Source: a virus (Duplodnaviria > Heunggongvirae > Uroviricota > Caudoviricetes). From it: a DNA stretch of 42,841 nt. Within the stretch, counting starts at the first letter, position 1; each line of letters begins with the position of its first letter. Location: the IMG/VR virus record IMGVR_UViG_3300030019_000001; one strand, given 5' to 3'. Below, piece after piece: positions 1 through 7,999 of the stretch. The position numbers were made by a program, and so were the translations under genes. The notes beneath the pieces were generated by a model. That model was not told where the DNA came from. It did not search any database and worked only from the letters and a program-made list of their open reading frames with translations.

Positions 1-391
1 TAACAAGTTTATCAAATGCAGAATAATTCACTTTACCAGTAAGTTGAATATAACCCCTTCCGCAATATTTATAACCATCACCAGATGCTTCATCTCCATT
101 ACCCATTCTATTTGCATATGCTCTACTCGCGATTTTATCTGGTTTTCTAGCATATGATTCATTCAACGTACCAGGAAAATATTTAGGAAATGTTGACTTT
201 AATGCAGCAGCAGAATAATTCAAATTTTCTTTCACTGCTGAAAAATTCATACTCTCATGAGCACACTGAGATAAAAAATGACACAATCTAAGTGATGTTG
301 TTATATTAAATTTTGTTGCAGTTTCAGGTATTTGTGCCAACACTACATCTGGAACGTGTCCTTTCAATTTATTAATAATGTTTTGGTCCAT
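1..391 (-). CDS. Glycoside hydrolase family 19-like lysozyme/chitinase (N-terminal ~130 aa; the C-terminus lies upstream of the window start)
   Basis: Reverse-complement translation from the ATG at about 391 gives MDQNIINKLKGHVPDVVLAQ...LCHFLSQCAHESMNF...YANRMGNGDEASGDGYKYCGRGYIQLTGKVNY. This reproduces the GH19 catalytic-core motifs (AHES, YANRMGNG, GDGxxYxGRGxIQLTG). It is not in the ORF track because it is truncated by the window edge. Confidence 0.75.
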   Translation of the reverse strand, partial: MDQNIINKLKGHVPDVVLAQIPETATKFNITTSLRLCHFLSQCAHESMNFSAVKENLNYSAAALKSTFPKYFPGTLNESYARKPDKIASRAYANRMGNGDEASGDGYKYCGRGYIQLTGKVNYSAFDKLV

Positions 392-482
392 AATTTATTT
401 ATTATTTTTTATATATAATGTATATATTATTTTTTTATTACATAAAATAGTTGTATATTTGCAAAATATAAAAACTGAAGTC

Positions 483-737
483 ATGAAAAGATTAAATAAA
501 TTCAATGAGAATTTATTATTAAAAAAATACGTATATAAATACGATGATTATTACTTTTATATTGATGATGTTATTGGCGAAATGTTAGTATTGGACATAG
601 AATATGCTAGAACATTTTCAGAAAAAGAAATAAAATACTACGATATGGATAAAACTATCAATGAATATGATATGATATTGAATCAAGAAGATGAAGAAAT
701 AGAAATCACACACACATTTGAAAAAATAGAATTATAA
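483..737 (+). CDS. Hypothetical small acidic protein (85 aa from the ATG at 483). The track ORF 378-737 starts inside AT-rich promoter-like DNA that overlaps the divergent lysozyme start.
   Basis: Open frame; MKRLNKFNENLL... start; ATGA overlap region with the next gene. Confidence 0.4.
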   Translation: MKRLNKFNENLLLKKYVYKYDDYYFYIDDVIGEMLVLDIEYARTFSEKEIKYYDMDKTINEYDMILNQEDEEIEITHTFEKIEL

Positions 738-740
738 TTA

Positions 741-1391
741 ATGATAACAAATTTTAAAAATTTTAATATGAATGAATCTCTATCAAATTTTGATTTGAGC
801 AAATTGGTAACAATAATAGCAATCAATAAAGATCCAGAAGGTAACTGGATTTATAAGACAGACAACAGGATAGAATATATTCTACCAAAAGAACAAGCAG
901 GTAAATTGACATTGATAGATGACAAATTTGCAAACTTTGTAAACTCAGGACACCCAATAACTAAATATTTTGAAACGACTGATGGTAATATCATATCATA
1001 TGTTGCAAATTTCGCAGTTGATGCAGTGGCTTTAAGAGAGGGTAGAGTTTATCTGATAGAAAGGCAAGACGGTAGGGGTTGGGCTTTACCAGGAGGCTTT
1101 ATTGATGCAGGAGAAACACCACAGCAAGCCGTTCTCAGAGAACTAAATGAAGAAACAAAGGCAAAGAGTGATGATATAAAAAACATTGAACCTTTACCTA
1201 TGATTAGAACTAATGATCCTAGGGAAATAAACTTTTTTACATTTCCATTTGTCATTCACATAAAAAACACATCTGAACTATCATTTGATGATGATGCAAA
1301 AAGTGGAAAGTGGATGTTATTAAATAGGGCATCAAAATCACAATTAGCATTCACTCATCACAATGACATTCTAAAAAAAGTATCATTCTAA
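741..1391 (+). CDS. NUDIX hydrolase (possible mRNA-decapping or nucleotide pyrophosphatase type)
   Basis: Nudix box GGFIDAGETPQQAVLRELNEETKA (GX5EX7REUXEEXGU) preceded by REGRVYLIERQDGRGWALPGG. The N-terminus MITNFKNFNMNE carries the recurrent N-terminal motif. Confidence 0.8.
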   Translation: MITNFKNFNMNESLSNFDLSKLVTIIAINKDPEGNWIYKTDNRIEYILPKEQAGKLTLIDDKFANFVNSGHPITKYFETTDGNIISYVANFAVDAVALREGRVYLIERQDGRGWALPGGFIDAGETPQQAVLRELNEETKAKSDDIKNIEPLPMIRTNDPREINFFTFPFVIHIKNTSELSFDDDAKSGKWMLLNRASKSQLAFTHHNDILKKVSF

Positions 1392-1393
1392 TC

Positions 1394-1729
1394 ATGAAAA
1401 AAGTTTATAAATTTGAAGAATATTATAATTACACAAATGATAAAGCTCCAACTTATAACATAGGAGATTATATTCTTGTTTCTAAACAATTAACGAAAAA
1501 AACATACCTAAAAGGCAAATTTATAATTGAAGAAATCGAGTATATAGACTATCTTGATGAATATCAATATGTTGCTTGGGATGGAGTAAAATCGCCAACA
1601 AATATTGGTCAAATTGCAATAATAAGTGGAAAAAGATGTGTATTAGATAAAGACATTAAAAGAAAACTCACACCAGCAGAAATTGAAGAATTTGAGGTTA
1701 GAAAAAATACAAAAAAATACAATATCTAA
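1394..1729 (+). CDS. Small protein, terminal-cassette family A (MKKVYKFEEYY... IGDYILV ... KNTKKYNI-stop)
   Basis: N-terminal MK..K.FE motif, K(V/I)GDY(V/I) motif, C-terminal KKYNI. Paralogous to 28082-28429 and 28426-28767. Confidence 0.6.
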   Translation: MKKVYKFEEYYNYTNDKAPTYNIGDYILVSKQLTKKTYLKGKFIIEEIEYIDYLDEYQYVAWDGVKSPTNIGQIAIISGKRCVLDKDIKRKLTPAEIEEFEVRKNTKKYNI

Positions 1730-1740
1730 TTAGATATTGT
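1719..1740. terminator. Perfect 22-nt palindrome ACAATATCTAATTAGATATTGT spanning the stop of 1394-1729 and lying just before the stop of the convergent gene 1747-2223
   Basis: Read directly from the sequence; it sits between convergent stops. Confidence 0.5.
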
Positions 1741-1746
1741 ATTTTT

Positions 1747-2223
1747 TTATAAATTAAATTTTAAAGTATCTTTATAAAAATTAAAATGCTCCACATTCAC
1801 ATCAGAAATAATTTTGTTTATATCATTCTGTTTAATAACAGTTGAAAAACTATAATACTCGCCATAATCTTCTTTTGATGACATAAGATGTCTTAAAAAT
1901 AATAGAGCAGTGTTCCATTTATCTTTATGATATGTTTTTACTGATTTACCCCAATGAAAATCTATTTTAATATCAGTATTGTTGGTTATAGTAAAAAGAA
2001 TATAAAAAATAACATCAAATTCTGAAGTAGGATAACTAAATCTATTAATAGTTATCATATATTCATAATCAGGAGGAGAATTAGTCGAATAAAACAAGTT
2101 ACTATCAGCACTCTTCAAAAATTCAACAATTTTATCACCTAACTTAATTACTTTATAGTGAGTATCAAGGTGAGATAAAAATTCTTCAGTGTAGACTACA
2201 TGTTCTTCATATTTTCGAATCAT
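1747..2223 (-). CDS. Hypothetical protein with C-terminal ...KFNL (terminal-cassette group B)
   Basis: 158-aa ORF; C-terminus DTLKFNL-stop; start MIRKYEEH overlaps the stop of the upstream paralog via TGATTTATGA. Confidence 0.5.
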   Translation of the reverse strand: MIRKYEEHVVYTEEFLSHLDTHYKVIKLGDKIVEFLKSADSNLFYSTNSPPDYEYMITINRFSYPTSEFDVIFYILFTITNNTDIKIDFHWGKSVKTYHKDKWNTALLFLRHLMSSKEDYGEYYSFSTVIKQNDINKIISDVNVEHFNFYKDTLKFNL

Positions 2224-2226
2224 AAA

Positions 2227-2703
2227 TCAAATATTGAATTTTTTTGTATTATTTGAAAAATCATACTCCTTGATTGATAATTTTGTTATTAAATATGGGA
2301 TATCATCAATATCAACTGAACCACAAAAAGTATAATATTGTCCAGTTATATCATATGGTAAAAGTATATTTTTAATAAACAATAAGAATTTTTCACATCT
2401 TATCATATCTGTTATACTATTACCACTTTTAACTTCTATAGTAACATATGGATCATAAATAGAATATGAATCATATTCAACTAATTCAGATTCACAATTT
2501 TTAATCTCAAATGTAATGTAAAAAATTTTACTAAATGTATAATTGTCTTTATAAAAAATCAACTGATATTTATCATCTGAAAACCATTTTGATTCACAAT
2601 TAATATGCTCACCTTTCATTATATGTAAAAAAGTTCTAAGTATAGTTTTTGCTAATTTTTCTATATTATTATTTAAATTATACCTATTATAACTATCTAT
2701 CAT
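2227..2703 (-). CDS. Hypothetical protein with C-terminal ...KKFNI (terminal-cassette group B)
   Basis: 158-aa ORF of the same length as its neighbour; C-terminus NNTKKFNI-stop. Confidence 0.5.
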   Translation of the reverse strand: MIDSYNRYNLNNNIEKLAKTILRTFLHIMKGEHINCESKWFSDDKYQLIFYKDNYTFSKIFYITFEIKNCESELVEYDSYSIYDPYVTIEVKSGNSITDMIRCEKFLLFIKNILLPYDITGQYYTFCGSVDIDDIPYLITKLSIKEYDFSNNTKKFNI

Positions 2704-3500
2704 TTCAATTTATTTATTTTATCCTGAGATTTTTTGATTGAAATTTCAGCAGACTTTATTCTATCTTGTTTCCAATTTATATTTCTTTTTTTCCAATTAT
2801 CAATTCTACTATCAACATATTCTTTATTTCCTTTTTCCCAACTTTCTTTTGTGTTGTTCTGTTTAGCATAAGAATCAGAACTCAATGTTTCCCAAGTAGT
2901 CAATAAATGCCTACCATATTCTTCTTTAGATAATAAAATAAATATTTCTTCATCAGTCAATTTAATTGATTCTGAAATTTCTTTTTCACAAGAAGAAATT
3001 ATTGTTTTGTCATATTCTATATCCTTTTGAAGTTTTTCAATTTTATTTAATTTCTTAATTTTTTCTGAATAAAGAGAAGTCAGTTCAGAATTGTTAGTTT
3101 GAGGTAAAGTAGTTTTTGTGATATATCTATAATGAGCTTTTTGAATATTATAACCACCTGCAATTATAACTTCAGTAGAGAAATCATGAAGAATACCATC
3201 TCTTTTTATTTCTGAAATAATCTCCAAATTTCCTTTGTTGGAATATCTAGTTCTCAAATTAACAAGTTTATCTGTGGGTTTAGTATATTTTTCAATTGAT
3301 TTAACCAAATCAAATATTAAATATAGTAGAGTATTTTCTTTTTGAAATTCTGTGAAATACCTACCAGTTTCTTCAAAAAAACTTTCTTCGTATTTAATCA
3401 GTAAATCCTCCAATGTTGGTTCTATTATAGTAATGATCTTTTCAATTAGCTCATTTTTATGATTCATAACCGAAAAACTATTATAATTTAGAATGCTCAT
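2700..3500 (-). CDS. Hypothetical protein (266 aa, K/E-rich, predicted coiled-coil segments)
   Basis: Long ORF with an ATG start; overlaps its neighbour by 4 nt. Confidence 0.5.
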   Translation of the reverse strand: MSILNYNSFSVMNHKNELIEKIITIIEPTLEDLLIKYEESFFEETGRYFTEFQKENTLLYLIFDLVKSIEKYTKPTDKLVNLRTRYSNKGNLEIISEIKRDGILHDFSTEVIIAGGYNIQKAHYRYITKTTLPQTNNSELTSLYSEKIKKLNKIEKLQKDIEYDKTIISSCEKEISESIKLTDEEIFILLSKEEYGRHLLTTWETLSSDSYAKQNNTKESWEKGNKEYVDSRIDNWKKRNINWKQDRIKSAEISIKKSQDKINKLK

Positions 3501-3585
3501 GATAATATTTTTTAATTATTAATTATATACAAAGATAATACTTAATCATGTGATAATCAAAAATGTTTTTATATTTTAAGAATTT

Positions 3586-4818
3586 TTAATCAATGTTACT
3601 ATTAATATACAAAGTCTCAACGTTTTTCAATTTTTTAGTTGACGTGGAGTCATCTTTATTATCATATATCACATCATTTTTCAATGAATTATCAACTTTT
3701 TTAGACTCATTATATAATTTTTCCATCACTAATTTATTATTTACTATAACATTATCTTCAAATAATTTTTCATTATTTAATTTATTATTTACTATAACAT
3801 TATCATCAAACAATTGTTCATTATTTAATTTGTTATCTGAAACTGCATTTTTATATAAATCTTCATTGGTTAATTTATTATTTACTATAAAATTATCATC
3901 AAATAATTTTTCATTGTTTAATTTGTTGCTCACTAAAACTTTACCGTCAAATAATTGTTCATTGATTAATTTGTTATCTGAACCTATATTTTTATATAAA
4001 TCTTCATTAGTTAATTTATTATCTAAAATTGTATTTTTATATAAATCTGCATTAGTTAATTTGTTGGTAGAATCTATATTTTTATATAAATCTGCATTAG
4101 TTAATTTGTTGGTAGAATCTATATTTTTATATAAATCTTCATTAGTTAAATTGTTGGTAGAATCTATATTTTTATACAAATCTGCATCAGTTAAATTGTT
4201 GGTAGAATCTATATTTTTATACAAATCTTCATTCACTAATTTGTTATCTGAACCTATATTTTTATACAAATCTTCATTCACTAATTTGTTATCTGAACCT
4301 ATATTTTTATATAAATCAGCATTTATTAATTTATTATCTGAACCTATATTTTTATATAAATCTTCATTTGTTAATTTGTTGACTGAATCTATATTTTTAT
4401 ACAAATCACTATTAGTTAATGAATTATCTATTTTATTATTATTGTATAATATTTCATTTTTTGGAGTTTTAATTATATCTATATTATTAAATAGTGATTT
4501 ATTACCTGGTGTTTTAATCACTGATACATTATTAAATACAATTTCTTTATTTGGTGTTTTATTCCTTTCTACAATCAATTCAGATTTTCCAGTCACATCA
4601 TCATTTACACCAAATTTATACATGGATTTATTTGGAGTATTGGTTCTTCCTGTGACAATCTCAGAATAACCTGTAACATCACCCAAATTTTTTATTCTGG
4701 TTATTTTTGAAACTGGTTGAGTATATACAGTTTCTTTATTCGGTGTTAATCCTAATAGTCCATGATTATTAACAATAATTTTATCAATTACATTATCATT
4801 TTTACTTTTTTTACCCAT
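3586..4818 (-). CDS. Tandem-repeat protein with about 20 copies of a 15-aa unit (consensus L-T-N-E-D-L-Y-K-N-I-D-S-T-N-K) plus degenerate N- and C-terminal repeats
   Basis: Translation shows NEDLYKNIGSDNKLV / NADLYKNIDSTNKLT repeated. The DNA has 45-nt tandem repeats. Confidence 0.7.
   Translation of the reverse strand: MGKKSKNDNVIDKIIVNNHGLLGLTPNKETVYTQPVSKITRIKNLGDVTGYSEIVTGRTNTPNKSMYKFGVNDDVTGKSELIVERNKTPNKEIVFNNVSVIKTPGNKSLFNNIDIIKTPKNEILYNNNKIDNSLTNSDLYKNIDSVNKLTNEDLYKNIGSDNKLINADLYKNIGSDNKLVNEDLYKNIGSDNKLVNEDLYKNIDSTNNLTDADLYKNIDSTNNLTNEDLYKNIDSTNKLTNADLYKNIDSTNKLTNADLYKNTILDNKLTNEDLYKNIGSDNKLINEQLFDGKVLVSNKLNNEKLFDDNFIVNNKLTNEDLYKNAVSDNKLNNEQLFDDNVIVNNKLNNEKLFEDNVIVNNKLVMEKLYNESKKVDNSLKNDVIYDNKDDSTSTKKLKNVETLYINSNID
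3633..4470. repeat. Coding 45-bp tandem repeat array (about 18-20 copies, most perfect around 3990-4400)
   Basis: Repeated ...tctatatttttatataaatct(g/t)cattagttaatttgttggtagaa... units are visible in the sequence. This produces the spurious antisense ORF 3593-4669. Confidence 0.8.
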
Positions 4819-5263
4819 TTCCGTTTAATTTTCTTTTCTTAATCATTTCTTCAATATATTGATCTGTAGGTAATTTAATATTTGGATCTATTTTTTTAAT
4901 AGTTTTATCAGAATTATCTTTAATACCTTCTTTTTCATTAATCTCTTTTACTATAGAAGCTAAATAATTTTCTGGACTCATTCTAGAATCATCATCAGTA
5001 TATATCATAGAATAAATAGTATCATCATTAAATATATAAAATTCTTTTGATGATAAAGTAAAATCTTGATAAAATATTAATTTTCCTATTGAACCATATG
5101 TCATAACTTGTGTACCTGTCATTTCCAAATATTTATTCATGAATGGATCTTTAATTCTAACAGTTTCTTGCTTCAAATCAATAAAATTAACACCCAAATC
5201 CATTTTAAATATTGGAATCTTTCTAAATATATTCAACATTTGTGTGTTTGATACTATTGTCAT
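4811..5263 (-). CDS. Hypothetical protein (150 aa)
   Basis: ORF with an ATG; 8-nt overlap with the downstream gene. Confidence 0.45.
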   Translation of the reverse strand: MTIVSNTQMLNIFRKIPIFKMDLGVNFIDLKQETVRIKDPFMNKYLEMTGTQVMTYGSIGKLIFYQDFTLSSKEFYIFNDDTIYSMIYTDDDSRMSPENYLASIVKEINEKEGIKDNSDKTIKKIDPNIKLPTDQYIEEMIKKRKLNGNG

Positions 5264-5814
5264 TGTGTATAAACATTATCTTTTAAATCATTTTGATCTG
5301 TTCCCTTATCATCTGATTTGTCTTTCAATTGACCTAATTTATCAATAATAAAATCTTCTTTTATATCTTCAACATCAACTTCTTCTACCAATTCACCCTT
5401 TTCTTCCATTTCATCATTGAATTGGTGAATTTTAAGCAATATTTTATTTATTTCTAATGCTTTACCTTCAGCTGGAGTTTCAACAGGAGCAGCTCCTTGT
5501 TCTTGTGATTGAGAATTATCAGAACCTTTCATCTCATCAAGTCTAACCATAAATATAACTCTATATCTAAAAAACGAATCCTCTTCTTCAGAATCTTTAT
5601 CTTTAGTTTCTTCAATAGGTTCAGAAAAATTAAAAATTAAAAATTTTTCCATTGGATTAGAATTTGAAATATCTATTTGTCCATCTAATGAGCAACCTTG
5701 AGCAGCTAATGAACCTTCATTAAACCATCTTTCAATTTGAGATTTCAATTCTTTAAAAAACACTGTTATTTTATAATCAGCAGATTCTACATATTCTTCA
5801 AAAAGTTTTTTCAT
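5260..5814 (-). CDS. Hypothetical acidic protein (184 aa, D/E-rich C-terminal half; N-terminus MKKLFEEYVES)
   Basis: ORF with an ATG; it carries the MK..FE-type N-terminus. Confidence 0.5.
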   Translation of the reverse strand: MKKLFEEYVESADYKITVFFKELKSQIERWFNEGSLAAQGCSLDGQIDISNSNPMEKFLIFNFSEPIEETKDKDSEEEDSFFRYRVIFMVRLDEMKGSDNSQSQEQGAAPVETPAEGKALEINKILLKIHQFNDEMEEKGELVEEVDVEDIKEDFIIDKLGQLKDKSDDKGTDQNDLKDNVYTQ

Positions 5815-5897
5815 TTATAATTATTATTATTTTAAAGTATATATAAAAAACACATCATAGAAAATAGTATAATTAAAAATTAATATATAATAGTCAT

Positions 5898-6221
5898 ATG
5901 AAACACATCAAATCATTTGAAGAAAAAATAAATAAAATATCAATAGATGAATTAAAAAATCATGGAATATCAAAAGATTCACCATTTTTGATTAGTGATA
6001 ATGAAAAATTACCAAAAGATACTAAATTTAAAATTGGAGATCATGTTAAAATAAATACAAATAACAATGAATATATCTACAAAATAGAATATTATTGTAT
6101 TGAAACTAAAAAATATACTTGCTTCATAACAATAGACACATTTTCAAGACAATGGATATATGAAGATGAATTAGAATTGGTTCCAGATTATGAAATATCA
6201 TCAAAAAAATTCAACATATGA
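5898..6221 (+). CDS. Small protein, terminal-cassette family A (MKHIKSFEE ... KIGDHVKI ... SSKKFNI)
   Basis: N- and C-terminal cassette; the stop TGA overlaps the next ATG (AACATATGAAA). Confidence 0.6.
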   Translation: MKHIKSFEEKINKISIDELKNHGISKDSPFLISDNEKLPKDTKFKIGDHVKINTNNNEYIYKIEYYCIETKKYTCFITIDTFSRQWIYEDELELVPDYEISSKKFNI

Positions 6222-6586
6222 AATATATTAAGAAATATGAGAACATAGATGAACATGTTAATGCAGAAGGTAAATTTTGGGAAATAAATACAGATGAACC
6301 ATATTTTGAAATCTCATTAAATAAACTTGGTTTTGATGAAGAGTTAAAGGAAAAAATATATGGAATGAATAACTCCTACATAAAAAATAGTGGATTAGTT
6401 TATATTTATATTATTAAAACAAATTTATCATACTTAGGCACATCAGTAACATGGAGTCATGTTACTGATTTCATAAAAGATACTGCAATAGAAAACGGTA
6501 ACAAATATATGGGAAAAGTTGAAATAACCGAAGATGATATTAAAAAATGGAATCTAATTAAAAAGACACAAAAATTCAACTTATGA
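6218..6586 (+). CDS. Small protein, terminal-cassette family A (MKYIKKYEN ... KKTQKFNL)
   Basis: Same cassette; ATGA overlap on both sides. Confidence 0.6.
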   Translation: MKYIKKYENIDEHVNAEGKFWEINTDEPYFEISLNKLGFDEELKEKIYGMNNSYIKNSGLVYIYIIKTNLSYLGTSVTWSHVTDFIKDTAIENGNKYMGKVEITEDDIKKWNLIKKTQKFNL

Positions 6587-7215
6587 AATACTTAAAAACA
6601 TATGAAGAAGGAATATCATCAGGTAATGCATCTGGAAAGGCAGGAGTAGGTTCGATTCCGTTTGGTAGAGGATATATGCAATCTGGTGGTAATAATGGAG
6701 CCAGTGGCATTGTATTCACTGCTGTTGGAGAACCATCATTCACCACATATAAAAGTATGAAGCATTCAAAAAAAGAATTAAAAGAGAAAAGAAGAAGACT
6801 TAGAATGTTCAAGAAATTCAGAAATGAAGGATTCATATCAGAAAAAATAGATGATTCTGGTTGGAATTGGGGAATAGTAAACAATGATAAAAATATTGGA
6901 AAATATATTATAATGAAAGATTCTGAAGAGTATTCATTCGCTTCAACCAAAGGAATAAGAAAAGAATTAGATACATTTGTTCAGAATAATACCGGAGAAA
7001 TAGTTTTATCAAGAAAATCAGCAGTTGGAATTTCTTATTTGATAAAATATGAAAATATACCAGACAATTTGAAAGAGCAATTTAAATCTTGCAATTTTTT
7101 AAATGATGAAGAAAATATATATTTACCTATAATAAAAAGACATAACAAAATTGAATTTATAGGTTCAAAAGAAGAATGTGAAATTAAAATATCAACAAAA
7201 AAATACAATATATAA
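6583..7215 (+). CDS. Terminal-cassette family A protein (210 aa; MKYLKTYEE ... Gly-rich GNASGKAGVGSIPFG ... ISTKKYNI)
   Basis: Cassette termini; shares the Gly-rich G..G.GSIPG segment with 7218-7610. Confidence 0.6.
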   Translation: MKYLKTYEEGISSGNASGKAGVGSIPFGRGYMQSGGNNGASGIVFTAVGEPSFTTYKSMKHSKKELKEKRRRLRMFKKFRNEGFISEKIDDSGWNWGIVNNDKNIGKYIIMKDSEEYSFASTKGIRKELDTFVQNNTGEIVLSRKSAVGISYLIKYENIPDNLKEQFKSCNFLNDEENIYLPIIKRHNKIEFIGSKEECEIKISTKKYNI

Positions 7216-7217
7216 AT

Positions 7218-7610
7218 ATGAAAAAATTTGAAGAATTTATGAAAGAAGATGCGTGTGCCACTCTCGGTAACACAGGAGGTATGGGCGCTATTGTAGCTGC
7301 TCAACCAGGAAGTATTCCTGGAACTCAAGGTACCACTGGCTCTGGTGATATTAGTCAAACTCTTGCCACATATTCTAAACCTGCTATAAATATGAAAAGA
7401 CATAAGAAAAACAAGAAAAATAAACTAAGAAAAGTAGAATCATTTGATGGTTTCATGAAGGAAGAAAATGAGATAATAGATAATTTCACAGCAAGATATT
7501 ACGACAATTATGATGACGAAGAAGAACCAAGTTATGAAGTAAATTTACAAGACATAGAAGAAAACAATATCAAAAAAATTCAAATGTACGAAAAAGATGA
7601 AAATAAATAA
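7218..7610 (+). CDS. Family A-related protein (MKKFEEFMKE ... GNTGGMGAIVAAQPGSIPGTQG ...) lacking the KFN(I/L) end
   Basis: Paralogous N-terminal half with 6583-7215. The C-terminus KDENK overlaps the next ORF by 14 nt, so this may be a frameshifted or fused family member. Confidence 0.45.
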   Translation: MKKFEEFMKEDACATLGNTGGMGAIVAAQPGSIPGTQGTTGSGDISQTLATYSKPAINMKRHKKNKKNKLRKVESFDGFMKEENEIIDNFTARYYDNYDDEEEPSYEVNLQDIEENNIKKIQMYEKDENK

Positions 7611-7893
7611 ATTTAACCAACTAAATGAATCAGATGAAATATCATACAATAAATCATTAGGATATGATAACTCAATGTTTGATAGTCTATCTGAATTGTA
7701 TAAATTATGGACAGACGCTGAAGGCTTATCTCATTTTTCAGCGGATGAATACGGATCAGAAGATTTGACAGATAAACAAATAGATTATTTAGAAAATTTT
7801 AATGATTTTTTGGAATTAACTCAAGACTTTGAACAAGATTATCATGAAAATGGTTATGCTTTAATTAAAAAAACAAAAAAATTTAACTTATAA
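7597..7893 (+). CDS. Small acidic protein ending ...KKTKKFNL (family A C-terminal cassette); the N-terminus MKINKFNQLNE contains an internal KFN remnant
   Basis: ORF; C-terminal cassette. Confidence 0.5.
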   Translation: MKINKFNQLNESDEISYNKSLGYDNSMFDSLSELYKLWTDAEGLSHFSADEYGSEDLTDKQIDYLENFNDFLELTQDFEQDYHENGYALIKKTKKFNL

Positions 7894-7999
7894 AATATGG
7901 ATAGCATAAGATCAAAATATCAGAAATATGGTGTTAAAAATTATTAAAGTGATAAAATACGCATCAAGTTTTTATATCACCGTAAATTAATATCAATTT

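Noticed and set aside
1049-1255. Short antisense or embedded ORFs (1049-1255, 5139-5348, 6576-6950, 7035-7403, 9720-9947, 9880-10116, 10583-10777, 14052-14255, 15581-15763, 20489-20728, 20927-21178, 24615-25026, 25729-25911, 28249-28434, 29382-29630, 30992-31201, 35084-35371, 39582-39839, 40743-40982)
   Set aside because: Each lies inside or opposite a longer ORF with recognisable domains or better start context. They have hydrophobic or low-complexity composition typical of AT-rich antisense frames.
3593-4669. 358-aa plus-strand ORF
   Set aside because: It is antisense to the 45-bp tandem-repeat gene 3586-4818. A repetitive low-complexity frame stays open by chance, and the minus-strand product has a coherent repeat structure and an ATG.
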